A stretch of DNA of 64,000 nt from Macrostomum lignano (lineage: Eukaryota): NCBI GenBank assembly GCA_002269645.1, contig NIVC01004013.1:738-64737 (forward strand), in the 5' to 3' direction. A program made the translations under genes and the position numbers. Within the stretch, counting starts at the first letter, position 1. Every line of letters begins with the position of its first letter. Below the pieces are notes generated by a model. It saw nothing but the letters and a program-made list of their open reading frames with translations, did no database searches and had not been told where the DNA came from. This document shows, in pieces, positions 27,401 through 41,750 of this stretch.

Positions 27401-28319
27401 CTAACTCCCGCCTTTCCTACCCCGACCCGTCACTGCTACCATAAACTCCGTCGGCTCTCTTCCAATCGCAACTCAACCTCACTACTTTTTTTCTAACCAA
27501 AATTATGGATGAAGGAATTCATCCATGACCAAAACAAATGATATTTACTAGTTGCATGGGTGATTGGTAACTTTTTCATTGGTTTGCCTTTTCAACCGAT
27601 GCTTACTTTTGTTATTTGTTATCAACCATCTATCACTAAAATAAAATACATTGGCAACTTAGCTTGCCTTTGAAAATTAGAGCTCCCAGCGACTCCAGTA
27701 CGCTTTCACTGCTTAACTAGTACTAGTACGTACAGACACAGTGCATTAAAAATGTAGATTATTTGCTAATCTCTCTAATCCACTGACAAAGTTTCACCCG
27801 AAGGATTGTTCAGGGGGGTTTGTAATAAAAGCATCCTGCGTATTTTCTCCGCTGCTGCTCCCAGACTATTCCACCAAAACTTCATCCCAAAAGCGAATTC
27901 TGAACTAGAAAAACGTCTGACTCAACTAAGTGAGGACATCAACAGGGGATTACCGACCGAGCCTTTTAACATCCGACAGCGCTAATCTTTCAACAAAAGC
28001 TTGCAACGTTAATCCTCTCTCTCTTACCGGATCCCCAGTAAGCAGTCACAACCCCTACGGATTAACGATCAAGTATTGTATATACTACCTTTGTAAGTTA
28101 TAGTTCAAGAAAGTCCACAGAATAGAGTATAGGACAGTTAATTGCTAGCAGATTGACTACCAAATTATTGCGTAACAAACATCCAGAAGTACACTAGAAA
28201 AGTACATTTTTTAGCGTCAACTAAGAGGGAAATAATGATAACTGTGTTAGGCCAAATAAATATTTTAAGCACTCGTATTTCAGCAGTTATTCAACTCTGC
28301 AACATACCAACCAATCTAC

Positions 28320-28510
28320 CATTGTCACACAACCGGCGAGAGGCATTGCTGCCCATTCCGCCGACTCCCCTGAGCAGGCACACAATCGCGCGGATACGTA
28401 CGCAGTACGTCATACGCACAGGCACACACTCACACAGGAGTGTACAGCGGCCCTAACTTTATTTATCGTTAGGCATGTACACTTCACTGTGCCTATGGGT
28501 TGGCCCGCTT
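28320..28510 (-). mobile_element. Headless copy of the SINE family
   Basis: GCCCATTCCGCCGACTCCCCTGAGCA...GTGTACAGCGG...AGGCATGTACAC...GGGTTGG aligns with the other copies. Confidence 0.6.
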
Positions 28511-29451
28511 AACTCTTTTTTTATCTCTACCTTCGGCTTGGCCTACCAACAACTTCCAATTGATCTTTGGCATCTCAGCAAGCCTCCCCAGCAGGCACAG
28601 CGTTTCAGCAATCACGGCATAAGTCTTGATATCTCACGCCGCAACTCTCTTCTCGTATCTTCATCTTAGCAGCATCTCAGCCCAGAGCACAAGACCACTA
28701 AGCTACAGCCCCCCCCCCTAAGTCAGGGTCCTGACTTAGTAGCACAGTAAGAGTTCACAAGATGTCATCGAAGGTGACAGGCCACGGGTTGCCAGATCCC
28801 CATATTGCAACTAACCAAATGCATGTAAAACATCGCAAAGCCTCTTGCCTGCAGGTCCGCCTTCTGCCACTCCACACAAGCGAGCTCTCATGAATTCAAA
28901 GTCACGCCGAGAAAAACTCAATAATAGACACCGGCTTAGGGAGGGGGACATGTATGCGGTGCCGCTTATGCATAGGAGCTCCTATAGATATAGAGACCGC
29001 ATCCTGAGCACTGTAAATAATGCATGCAGCTTGCAAGATGCTGAGCACCAACCCACCACTCCCGACTTGCTTGCTGCGTCATTAATCTTGCAGCTCAGGC
29101 CAAGGGGGACGGCGGGGACCATCGATCTCCCTTCCAGCCTCCTTCGCTCGCTGATCCCCTCGCTGACAACGGGGAAGCTGCCGCTGCCTCTCACTGTTCA
29201 AACAGAGTCTGAAGGTCTTCCGTTCGATGGCCGCGGCAGGTTCCGTGTCTCTCAATCACCCCTCCCCCCCGCGCCTCATCTGCTGGTTTCATCTCTCGAC
29301 TCAAGGAACAGCTTTGCTATCTGATAATAATTGACTTTGCCGCACAGCCTCGATCGATTCTATCGCTTCATCTTCAATGAGAAAAAGTTCTCAGTGAAAG
29401 GCCAATGAACTCAGGGAAATTGAAGGTGACGCAGGCACAAAGTGACAAGAG

Positions 29452-30008
<557 letters not shown>

Positions 30009-30783
30009 GAAAAGCGAGTGACTCATCCCTTTCCCCTATCCCTTCTCGCTGCAACTGTCTGCTTAAGTAACTTCGCATCCTGGAAGCCCACTTACCCCCC
30101 TAGTTTCCCGTCACCGCTGCCCTCGAGGAGCAGATCTCAGGCAGTGGCCCGTGTTATCTGCCATCCACCTACAATACTTGGTCTCCCGGACAGTTGGGAA
30201 AGCTTGCTCCAAAAAATGTCTCTTCATTCATGTTGACTGCAGTTTTGATATTTTCATTCTTTAGTGTGGTAGCCGCACAATGGGCTGAGGAACTGAATGC
30301 GGGGCGGGCTTGTCGGAGGAGGAGGGCTGGATCTGATCAGGAAGCAGGATTTTTCTTGGATAAAATTAGGAGAAAGCATTAAAGCATTTCATGCTTGATG
30401 ACCATCTGATTGCAAAAAAGGCAGTCACCTCCACGGATGCCCTTAATTTCTCACAGTCATACAAGGTGTACACTCACTGTGCCCTGGCTCAATCCAATTT
30501 TTGAGGAACATTTCTGTCGACTAAAAGCGCTCACAGCAGATCTCCCGATGCCACTCCCAGAAGCCATTCTTAGATGCAAAAATAACAGAAGACCTGACGA
30601 AGGACAGCAATAGGCAATTTGTTTAATGCGCCCGACTGACTGCCCGCATGGCTCCACCCTGCGCCACTGTCTTTCTAATCTCACCGCTCTCGACATACAA
30701 ACAGCTGATTTCACAATCAATATGACCTGAGTTTGTTAACGCGTTTTAACGATGCTAGATATTGTCGATTGACTAGACCATTC

Positions 30784-31224
30784 CCGCACACCCGTGAGTG
30801 CTCCAGTCATTGCCGCACACCTGTGAGTGCTCCAGTCATTGCCGCACACCTGTGAGTGCTCCAGTCATTGCCGCACACCTGTGAGTGCTCCAGTCATTGC
30901 CGCACACCTGTGAGTGCTCCAGTCATTGCCGCACACCTGTGAGTGCTCCAGTCATTGCCGCACACCTGTGAGTGCTCCAGTCATTGCCGCACACCTGTGA
31001 GTGCTCCAGTCATTGCCGCACACCTGTGAGTGCTCCAGTCATTGCCGCACACCTGTGAGTGCTCCAGTCATTGCCGCACACCTGTGAGTGCTCCAGTCAT
31101 TGCCGCACACCTGTGAGTGCTCCAGTCATTGCCGCACACCTGTGAGTGCTCCAGTCATTGCCGCACACCTGTGAGTGCTCCAGTCATTGCCGCACACCTG
31201 TGAGTACTCCAGTCATTGCCGCGC
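30784..31224. repeat. 29-bp minisatellite, near perfect
   Basis: GCCGCACACCTGTGAGTGCTCCAGTCATT, about 15 units. Confidence 0.96.
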
Positions 31225-31779
31225 ACTTATCCCTACACAGGAGAACTTTATTTGACAATATCTTTACTTTCCGAGCTTCCAAATTCCCAAATTGAACGAA
31301 TATATTCAAAACTGTTCTTTCTGTGGCCTTGGTTGAGAGCTAAGACAACTGATAACTCCCTATCTCACTACTACAGTTTAACTTTAGCTGTCCAATGTCC
31401 ATTTTTCAGTATTGAAGGTGAAGAATTCTACCAATGCGACTGATATGTGAGCACAATCTGCAGCCAAGCAACTGACCACGCAGTAGTCACTGCCAGTCAA
31501 AATTCTCCTTTTCATTGCTTGTTCAATTCTCCACAGGGCCATACCGCAGGAACACAGTCTGTTGGGTAGCCATTGTCCCTTAGTTGGCTGCCTAATGGAG
31601 CTTTGGGGTTGGCCTGGTTGAAATGAGCTTAACCAGCATTAATCGCTCCCTAACCCTTGCCGCTTGACGTGGACGAGTGACGGATGAAATTGGGCTGTTT
31701 ACTCTTCATCTCTGTTCTGCTTTTTAGGAGCAATGCACGAACGGAATGAAAGCTGAGTTGAGTACATGCAGAAGGGAGA

Positions 31780-32060
31780 GGGGATGGAAGGGGGTAATGG
31801 AGAGGAGTAGGGAATGAAGAGGGTAATGGAGAGAAGTAGGGAATGAAGAGGGTAATGGAGAGGAGTAGGGAATGAAGAGGGTAATGGAGAGAAGTAGGGA
31901 ATGAAGAGGGTAATGGAGAGGAGTAGGGAATGAAGAGGATAATGAAGAGAAGTAGGGAATGAAGAGGGTAATGAAGAGAAGTTGGGAATGAAGAGGGCTG
32001 GTGCACGAATGAAGAGGGTAATGGAGAGAAGTAGAGAATGAAGAGGGTAAAGGAGAGGGA
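31780..32060. repeat. 29-bp purine-rich minisatellite
   Basis: GGGAATGAAGAGGGTAATGGAGAGAAGTA units. Confidence 0.9.
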
Positions 32061-32781
32061 GAGGGAACGGGAAGAGAGGACTGAGAGGAAAGTTTTATAG
32101 GCCTAGTCAGAGGAAAGTGGTTGCGGAGTTTCAGGAAGGGCGGCCGCTCGCACCGGGAGCAGGTGCGCACAGACTCTGCTTCATCTAATCAGCGACACTC
32201 CACTTATTTCATTAATCGCTTTGACAGGCTTGGCCGGGCTGTTGTGAGCCACGCGTGGCAGGGCTCTTTAGGGCGGAGGTTTGCTACAAAGAAATCGACT
32301 TCCGCAAAAATCCCAAAGGGACTCTGGGACAGATAAAACAGGGAAGATTGGGGGAAGGCACAAGGGAGTGACGAGAATTCCCTCATTTTCCACGCGGCCT
32401 GTTCCCTCTCCTCTTTCTCTCCTGCGTCCTTCAGCTTGCCTCGTCCGCTCGTTCGGGGCCACTTGAATTCCCGAGCGCTCGCAGCTCTTCACCCTGCCGT
32501 GTGCAACTGCTAATTTAACTGAGCAGAGTGCGAATTGGGACAAGGCGATAATTAGGCTTGGGGGGGGGAGGTGGCTGACAGGACTCAGCTGAGGCCCGGA
32601 TCTTTTTTGCACTTCTTAATTGACCCCGCTGGTGCACGAGGTGAATGAATATCTAATCTACCGCGATCTTGATTGCACATGTACCTAATTAGGAATCTAT
32701 CCAGGTTTGCGGTGTCAATTCCGTGTATAGGATGTTATAAATCGATTTATAACGGCTCGGAGTAAGTGCCACCTGATTTAG

Positions 32782-33218
32782 GCTGGGTGCTGCTTGGTTT
32801 GGGGTGGGTGCTGCTTGGTTTATGGTGGGTGCTTGGTTTGGGGTGGGTGCTGCTTGGTTTGGGGTGGGTGCTGCTTGGTTTATGGTGGGTGCTGCTTGGT
32901 TTGGGGCGGGTGCTTGGTTTGGGGTGGGTGCTGCTTGGTTTGGGGTGGGTGCTTGGTTTGGGGTGGGTGCTGCTTGATTTGGGGTGGGTGTTTGGTTTGG
33001 GGTGGGGCTGCTTGGTTTGGGGTGGGTGCTTGGTTTGGGGTGGGTGCTGCTTGGTTTGGGGTGGGTGCTGCTTGGTTTGGGTGGGTGCTGCTTGGTTTGG
33101 GGTGGGTGCTGCTTGATTTGGGGTGGGTGTTTGGTTTGGGGTGGGTGCTGCTTGGTTTGGGGTGGGTGCTGCTTGGTTTCGGGTGGGTGCTTGGTTTGGG
33201 GTGGGTGCTGCTTGGTTT
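32782..33218. repeat. 18/21-bp G/T-rich minisatellite
   Basis: GGTTTGGGGTGGGTGCTGCTT units. Confidence 0.92.
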
Positions 33219-33937
33219 TCGGTGTACACTATAGTTTCCAAGTGTTTTCAACTCTAAAAAAAGTAAATATTGTTTAGAACTAACATTTAGTAGCGTGCAT
33301 GATCCAAAAGCGACTCAAAACTCGCTCAAAAAAGTAAAAGTCCAATTTATTTTGCCGGCACAACACATACAGCTACCAGGCTAAGACAACATGCAAACGG
33401 TGAAGTGACTGCAGTTCACAATTCAGAGAAATAACCGTGAATGGATGCGGAGTCTGTGCACAGTGAGTAGTTGATACAGTCTGCAGTATAGTACACACAC
33501 AGCGAAACAGATCAGCACAAAAGCAAATGATTGATAATATATAACAAAAAAATCAGAGAAAATCTCTACTCAAGTACTCAGATCATATTTAATCGGTGTT
33601 AAAAAAACCAAGCCGATTATGCAAAGAATACAAGTGGTAACTCTTTGTGCGACTAAAATTATCTCCATGTGTGCAATAAGAACTTCCACAATTTCTAGGG
33701 ATTCACAATTTTTCTCATTTTTCGAGTTAAATGAAGGAATTTCCATTTCAGATGCTACTTTCAGAACTCCACGAACGGGTTTCTAGGCTAAAGGCCGGTT
33801 TACATACCCCCTCCAGCTCTGCGGTTACAAGATTGCTCAAATCAATGCACAGTTGGTTCAGACCTTTTTCAATGTGAATTGGACTTTTGAACACTTGGCT
33901 TTTGAGTTAGTACATTAGCTTGATAGAGTTGCATTAA

Positions 33938-34040
33938 ACTGCTCAGAAACTGCTCAGAAACTGCTTAGCAACTGCTCAGCAACTGCTTAGCAACTGCTCA
34001 GCAACTGCTCAGCAACTGCTCAGCAACTGCTCAGCAACTA
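33938..34040. repeat. 11-bp tandem repeat
   Basis: GCAACTGCTCA units. Confidence 0.85.
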
Positions 34041-34228
34041 AGCAGCATTATACTTAAGACTGGAACCGACTTAAAATGAAGTAAAATGTCACTTTTTCCG
34101 TTTACTATTGGACGAAATCGAAATGACTTTTTATGAACTTTTGCGACACTTAAGGGGGTTTCTCTGATGACGAATGTGAAGATTCTGGCTGCGATATTCC
34201 CGCACGGCTTCTACAGTAGGCAGCTCAC

Positions 34229-35943
34229 TCAGTCAGCGGCAATCTCGCCGTTCCACTCGAACGAGTGGTTCAAGTGCGCCGCAGCGACCGACGACGCTCC
34301 TCCGACGGGCTCGTCGCCACCGGCGAACTGCTCCGACCAGCAGGCCGCCGCCGGACCGGAAATTGCCGCCGCCGACGATGCCGCAGCAGCAGCAGCAGCA
34401 GTTGCGGCCGAGGCCGAGGTAGAGGCGGACGCAGAGACGACTGTCCCACTCGTCGACCTCCAGCTATGCGGCCGCCGACAGTCGAGGCTCGCCGGCGTCT
34501 GCACAGTCCGGCGCTGCTGCACCGAGGTCAACGCGGCCGCTCGCTGCTGCTGCGGCTGCTGGCAGGTCGCCGATTCCAGCGTCAGGCTGAGCACCTGCGA
34601 CAGACTGTCGGAGCTCATCTCCTTGTGACCGGAGTCCGGCGACACGTCGCCATTGTCGTCAATGTCTAAAGAGGAGTCCTCCGGATGCTGCTGCTGATGC
34701 GGACGGACTCGCAGCGAAGCGTGAGGCGGCTGCTGGCCTGCGGAGCATCTGGGAGGCCGGGGATGTCGAGGGAGTGTATAGATTACCTCTGAGGGTCATG
34801 GTCAGGCCCATTCCACTGGCACCTGAGCACTTACAAGGGTTCGTACGCAGACACACACTCAACAAAGAGGGTGTACAGCAACCCCAACTTTGCCATTATC
34901 AGGCGTGTACAACACTCTGTGCCTTGTGGGTTGGTGCACATGGTCAAGTGCCTCAATTACCTGGGCTGTTGCAGCTCCAACTGCTGCTGATGCAGGCGCA
35001 GCTCCAGGGCCCGAGTCCGATGCACCAACTGGTTGAGGTGGTCCAGCAGGTCGCGGTTCTGGTCCAGCAGCCGTTGCGCTCTCGACTGAGCCTCGGTCCG
35101 GGCAGCCGACTCCGCGGCCAGCTGGTCGCGAAGCAGCTGCACTTCGGCAAGCGCGGTCTGGGTCTGCTGCGCCCGGTGCTCCAGCTGCTGCTGCATCAGT
35201 TGCCTGCTGTGCCGCCGCCAGAGCGCCGTCTGGCAGTCAAAGCTCTCGCTGGTGTCACCGCTGCCGTCGGCTGCCGCAGCGATCAGCTGATGCTGGAGCT
35301 CCTCCCAGCTCGGCGAAGTCTCGGTTGCCACCGAAACCATCGACTGCTGCGACTTTGACTGCTCCCGAGGCGACTTCCCCGATGCTGCCGCTGTCTCGGA
35401 TTTGGATGAAGCTTTACCAGCATCCGCCTGCTGGGACCGCTGCTGCTGCAATAGCTGCTGCTGCTCCTTGGATGCCAGCGACAGCTGGTGGCAGATCTCG
35501 AAGGCCTGGCCAATGGTGCGCACGATGCGCACCGCTTGCACCTTCTTGGCGGCTTTGAACACGTTGCACTTGAACGCGTTCCGATGGCTGTCTCGGGCGA
35601 TGTAGCTGAAAATCTTCAGGTCCTGCGAGTCGTGCGACACGTAGAAGATCCGGTAGATGGGGTGGTGCATGAGCAGCTGGCCGCAGCCCGGCCCGACGCC
35701 ACCGCCCAGGCTGGCACCCTCGTGCCAGGGTTTGGGCGGTCGTTTAAAAATCAGACTGACGCCGTCCAACGAGATCGCGACGACCACCTTGCGCTTTTTG
35801 GCCGCCTTGGCTTTGAATTCGAATCGGACGCGACGCATCGCGGCAACAATTTCTGTGCGGCTCTGCGGCCTGGCCACGTCCATGCTGCCGATGTAGCGGG
35901 CCTCGTACTGGATGCCCCGGTGGAAGGCCTCCTCGGGATGCAT
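34229..35943 (-). CDS. NOS1AP: NOS1AP/CAPON (DYC-1)-like PTB-domain adaptor, about 500 aa
   Basis: PTB: EEAFHRGIQYEARYIGSMDV.RP.SRTEIVAAMRRVRFEFKAK...HPIYRIFYVSHDSQDLKIFSYIARD...FKCNVFK...VRTIGQAFEICH, then a coiled coil. Exons 35943-34961 and probably 34748-34229, ending EIAAD. An alternative acceptor at 34789 would give a shorter tail. Confidence 0.9.
34805..34940 (-). mobile_element. Headless SINE-family copy in the NOS1AP intron
   Basis: TTATCAGGCGTGTACAACACTCTGTGCCTTGTGGGTTGGT matches the reverse complement of 25928-25966. Confidence 0.6.
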
Positions 35944-37937
35944 CGGGTAGGCCTCCTCAGGTGTTTAGTCGTCTGACATGGCTGAGTGCGTTTCTTAAAC
36001 ACTTTAAACAGCGTGCTCTGCAGATTTTACCCGTGAAATGATGATGCGGTCACGAGGGTTGGGAGTGCGTGAGTTCCGGCAACTCTTAGCTGGACTCTTT
36101 GGTCAGTGCCGCAGCTCGAGACGATAGCGAGGAAGGAGCCAAGCGAGGAGGTTGCAGGAGGGGTTGCCCCTCTTGAATTGATTTTTTGTGCCGTTTAAGT
36201 CAAACAAAGCAACAAAGACTTTTGAAGTAGGGCTTTCAGACTAGCATTAAGTTGCCCTTATAAGAACTGCTAACAATGCATGCTTTGGAGAACTTTTTTT
36301 CAGCAATATTGAATGGGCAACACATAAACTGACGTTGCTTACAGAAATTGTTGATTGATGACGTCACGCCGATGCCTATATTGCTTGTTGCTTGGTTAGA
36401 CCAGATTTTAGCTTGTAAAGGAGTTGTTCCCAACTATAGGCCTGCTGTAACTTTATACCGTTCTAAGCGAGAGACAGTGAGAGAAAAAGAGAAGGTCGAG
36501 AAAGAAAATGAAATTGCACTGGGCGTGCTGCCGGGATTGCGCGCAGGAGGCTGTGAAGGGCTTTGACACATCTCTCGCTGCCTCCCTCATCTGCCCCCCC
36601 CCCCCCAGACGCTCGTCGCCTCTCGCTCCCTATCTCCCCTATTTTCCCATTCGCCATTTGCGGAGCGGTCATTCAGCAAATCAGACACACGCAGAGCTCT
36701 GCACAGGCGGCAGCAGAGCAGGCCAAAGAAGTGCCTCCAACCGTCAGCCACCCCTACTAGGAGAGGAAATGAGTTTGGCGCCTGACACAGCCAGCCGCAT
36801 AGGCGCATGGTGCAGCCTCTCGGCCATGCTCAATAGCCCTGTGTCACGCGCTGTCCGAGTCCCGCCAACCCCCGGCAAGAGACAACACCGGATGAATATG
36901 CGGAAGACACGGCAGCACGGGTGGGAATTCCCGCGGATCGAGAAGAAAACGCACGAGGCTGCTTATAGTCTCGCCGCAGCAGCTGATGATGGGATATATC
37001 TCCCCTAACCCCTGCCCCATGGGGAAATGAATTTTTTGACCACAGCACACCATTGCCACTGGCCAGTCATGGACATGCATGACCGACTGAATGAATATTT
37101 CCACTGCGGATTGGTCGATAGGAACAACCTAGTTCAATAAGAAGCAGAGAAGTGAGATGCTCCTATAGTTATTAATTCAGGGAATGTGTCCAGAAATTGG
37201 TGCCTCAGATATTCAATAACCATTACTGCCAGAAGGATGTAGCCAGGATCTTTATTAACTGCGTGCTTTTGGGCGGGGCGCCGTGTCAATTGGAGGGGCG
37301 CCAGCACCAGGGGCTTTAGCACCAGGGCGGCATATGCATTTGGTAGTTAATCTGGGGGGTGGGCGGCCCCTTCGCGTCGTCCTTGGTTCTCATTTCACTT
37401 GTCTCCTTTGTCCTTTCTTATTCCTATTCCTATTCTTATTTGGTTCTCAGCTCAGGGGCTGTTTAACAATTGAAAAGCACCCTATATATGAGCTCTTACC
37501 TATGCCTGTCCTTCTGTCTGAGTGATCAATGGCCTGCATCCGTAATGCGGCATGAAGCCAAGTCAAGCCAACCCTAAGGCGGTGGAAGTGTATTGATTAA
37601 AAATGCGGGCCTATGCAGCAAAGCACGAATTTATTGCCCATATAACAGAGCTACTTCGTACCTCTGACGCCATCTAACTGATTGGCCAGCAGTATATACT
37701 TGGAACTGTGTTAACTATTTAGGAAGTTATTGATCTTTAATAGGCACGGTAGTTGCTGGCCACGGAGAACTAAAGTTTCTATAAAGTTAACAATATTTTA
37801 TTTCTAGACAGGGAGATAGGGAATCTAGCACACGGCGGCACGCCTGAAGAGAGGAAGGGAGAGGGAATAAAGATGAGAGGAGAGGAGGGGAGAGGTGAGG
37901 AGAGGAGAGGAGAGGAAAGGAGAGGAGAGGAGAGGAG

Positions 37938-38344
37938 ACGTGGACGCTGACGGCTACGCTGGAGCGGCAGCTGGACTCGGCGCACTCAGGTCTGCTCCGT
38001 GCGGCCTTTCGAGCTGACGAGAGCGTCGGGACCGAGGCCCTGTACGATCGGGCCAAGCTGCAGCGCCCGTCCACCATCCTGCGCCGACGGCGACTCCAAC
38101 TGGCGGGCCACGTGATCCGGGTCGAGAGCTACTGCCCCCAACCCGTTCAGGATGTCCTGCTGCTCACCTTGCAGGGCCCGTTCAGGCGGGGTCAGGCCCG
38201 AACCCGTCGATACGTGGACTGCCTGCTGTGCGGCGCTGGGGCGCCCGACACTGCCAACGGAGCGGACTTTTTTCGCTCCCAGGCTCTGCGGCGCGCCATC
38301 TGACGCGCCCTGCTCTAACTGACTTGCTTGCGGGGCCGCGTATT

Positions 38345-38376
<32 letters not shown>
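37938..38376 (+). mobile_element. 5'-truncated RTE-like LINE, copy 2, inside a GA-rich tract
   Basis: TWTLTATLERQLDSAHSGLLRAAF...RRRRLQLAGHVIRVE...GPFRRGQARTRRYVDCL...RAI-stop, followed by a (TTG)n tail. Confidence 0.85.
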
Positions 38377-38880
38377 GAGAGGAAAGGAGAGAGAGGAGAG
38401 GAGAAGAGAAAGAGAAGAGGAGAGGAGAGGAGGGGAGAGGAGAGGAGAGGAGAAGAGGTGAGGAGAAGAGGAGAGGAGAGGTGAGGAGAGGAGAGGAGAA
38501 GAGGAGAGGTGAGGTGAGGAGAGGAGAGGAGAGGAGAGGAGAGGAGAAGAGGTGAGGAGAGGTGAGGAGAGGAGAGGAAAAGAGGAGAGGAGAGGAGAGG
38601 TGAGGTGAGGTGAGGTGAGGAGAGGAGAGAAAGAAGAGAGAGGAGAGGAGAGGAGAGGAGAGGAGAGGTGAGGAGAGGAGAGGAGAGGTAAGGAGAGAAG
38701 AGAAAGAAGAGAGAGGAGAGGAGAGGAGAGAAGGAGAGAAGAGAATGGAGAGAGAGAGGAGAGGAGAGGAGAGGAGAGGAGAGGAGAGGAGAGGAGAGGT
38801 AAGGAGAGAAGAGAATAGAAAGAAGAGAGAGTAGAGGAGAGGAGAGAAGAGGAGAGGAGAGGAGAGGAGAGAGCTGAGAA
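38377..38880. repeat. (GAGAG)n-like low-complexity tract (also at 37845-37936)
   Basis: Read directly. Confidence 0.92.
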
Positions 38881-38889
38881 GAGACACAA

Positions 38890-38998
38890 ACCGTGAGCGG
38901 GCCGGATTGCTATTGTGAAGTTTCAAAGGACCCGAGGGCCGGATAGAAAGGCTTCACAGACCGCACGTGACCCGCAGGCGGAAGTTTGCCGACCCCTG
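38890..38998 (+). mobile_element. hAT/Charlie-like right terminus
   Basis: Ends in GTTTGCCGACCCCTG (38984-38998), followed by GGCTAAAC. Confidence 0.5.
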
Positions 38999-39974
38999 GG
39001 CTAAACAATAAAAAGGATCTCGTACAGCGACCAAACCTCACTAGTTAATATCTCCCAAATGTACTATTATCTCGACCCAATTCGTCTATGGTTCATCTTA
39101 AAATGGTTAGTCTATTTTAACGCAACGCAAAAATGCAAAAAATTCTGGCTTCATATGCAGATTCGGATGTCCAGAAGTTGAGATATTGTCTTTTGATTTT
39201 TCAGCACTAGATGTATTTTATTTTCTACAAAAACTGGGTCTCCAGCAAAATTAGCACGATTGGCGAGTGTAGCCCGCCAAAGAATTCTTATCAAAGTCCT
39301 TGTTGCTAATCGACCACGGAAACAGCCAACGACAGATATTAGAATAATTGCAAACCAAATCCAAGGCAGCCTCTATATTTATCCATCTATAGCCGCACAA
39401 GATTCTGAACTGTTCGCCTCTCAAAGAGCTCTGCAGCTACATCCAATCTCCCAGAAGCCTCAAGGGGATATAAGCTGCTGAGCTGCAATCCTGAAAGCGA
39501 GAGCTAGATAGATTAAACGAGAACAGAAACGACACACATACAGGGAGGCGAGACCGCCTCTGTCACCCAGTTTGCTCCGATTGTGCATTGATCTTTTCCT
39601 CCATCTCTCCGTCCCTTAACGGACTCAGGCTCCATATGCGAGTACAATACATGTGCAGTAGGCTGTGTTTACATTGGATCCCTGCATTATTATTAAATAC
39701 TAAATTTTAACTCCATATAGTCATAAAAAACTTCAATAAACTACATTAAAAAGTTGTCGACTAAACTACGAGTACATACATAAACTATAGCAACCTGCGC
39801 CCCCCGTTGGGCAGGCAACAAAGAAAGAAATAAAAACTTTTAAATAAACTACATGTAGATTTTGATCTCGTACAGTCACTATTGGAAAATGATGTTTAAA
39901 GTAAAAGAAGCATCCGCCCTGAATGCCTGCTATCTGGCCTAAGATTTCAGCATTCTCTGTGAGCTCAAAGCATC

Positions 39975-41750
39975 TGAGTAACCCCCATGAGCCACAGCAT
40001 TTCAGCACTTACCCCATGAGCCTTGACATCTCAGCACTTACCCCATGAGCCTTGACATCTCAGCACTTACCCCATGAGCCTTGACATCTCAGCACTTACC
40101 CCATGAGCCTTGACATCTCAGCAATTACCCCATGAGCCTCGACATCTCAGCAATTCCCCAGTAAGCCTTGACATCTCAGCAATCCCCAGTAAGCCTTGAC
40201 ATCTCAGCAATTCCCCAGTAAGCCTTGACATCTCAGCAATTCCCCAGTAAGCCTTGACATCTCAGCAATTACCCCATGAGCCTTGACATCTCAGCTATTA
40301 CCCCATGAGCCTTGACATCTCAGCAATTCCCCAGTAAGCCTTGACATCTGAGCAATTCCCCCATGAGCCTTGACATCTCAGCAATTCCCCAGTAAGTCTT
40401 GACATCTCAGCAATTACCCCATGAGCCTTGACATCTCAGCTATTACCCCATGAGCCTTGACATCTCAGCAATTCCCCAGTAAGCCTTGACATCTGAGCAA
40501 TTCCCCCATGAGCCTTGACATCTCAGCAATTCCCCAGTAAGCCTTGACATCTGAGCAATTCCCCCATGAGCCTCGACATCTCAGCAATTCCCCAGTAAGC
40601 CTTGACATCTCAGCAATTCCCCAGTAAGCCTTGACATCTGAGCAATTCCCCCATGAGCCTCAACATCTCAGCGATTCCCCAGTAAGCCTTGACATCTCAG
40701 CAATTCCCCAGTAAGCCTTGACATCTCAGCACTTACCCCATGAGCCTTGACATCTCAGCTATTACCCCATGAGCCTTGACATCTCAGCAATTCCCCAGTA
40801 AGCCTTGACATCTGAGCAATTCCCCCATGAGCCTTGACATCTCAGCAATTCCCCAGTAAGCCTTGACATCTGAGCAATTCCCCCATGAGCCTCGACATCT
40901 CAGCAATTCCCCAGTAAGCCTTGACATCTCAGCAATTCCCCAGTAAGCCTTGACATCTGAGCAATTCCCCCATGAGCCTCAACATCTCAGCAATTCCCCA
41001 GTAAGCCTTGACATCTCAGCAATTCCCCCATGAGCCTCGACATCTCAGCAATTCCCCAGTAAGCCTTGACATCTCAGCAATTCCCCAGTAAGCCTTGACA
41101 TCTGAGCAATTCCCCCATAAGCCTTAACATCACAGCAATTCCCCGATAAGCCTTGACATCACAGCAATTCCCCGATAAGCCTTGACATCACAGCAATTCC
41201 CCAGTAAGCCTTGACATCTCAGCAATTCCCCAGTAAGCCTTGACATCTGAGCAATTCCCCCATGAGCCTCAACATCTCAGCAATTCCCCAGTAAGCCTTG
41301 ACATCTCAGCAATTCCCCCATGAGCCTCGACATCTCAGCAATTCCCCCATAAGCCTTGACATCTCAGCAATTCCCCGATAAGCATTGATATCTCAGCTTT
41401 TCCCCCATAAGCCTTAACATCACAGCAATTCCCCGATAAGCCTTGACATCACAGCAATTCCCCGATAAGCCTTGACATCACAGCAATTCCCCAGTAAGCC
41501 TTGACATCACAGCAATTCCCCAGTAAGCCTTGACATCTCAGCAATTCCCCCATCCCCATGAGCCTTGACATCACAGCAATTCCCCGATAAGCCTTGACAT
41601 CTCAGCAATTCCCCCATCCCCATGAGCCTTGACATCACAGCAATTCCCCAGTAAGCCTTGACATCTCAGCAATTCCCCGATGAGCCTTGACATCTCAGCA
41701 ATGTCCACCATTAGCCTTGACATCTCAGCAATGTCCCCCATGAGCCATAG
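39975..41750. repeat. 29-bp satellite, about 60 units
   Basis: AGCCTTGACATCTCAGCAATTCCCCAGTA and variants. Confidence 0.96.

Noticed and set aside
28845-29324. 159-aa ORF as a gene
   Set aside because: No domain is recognisable and there is no splice support; at most it is a very decayed LINE end.
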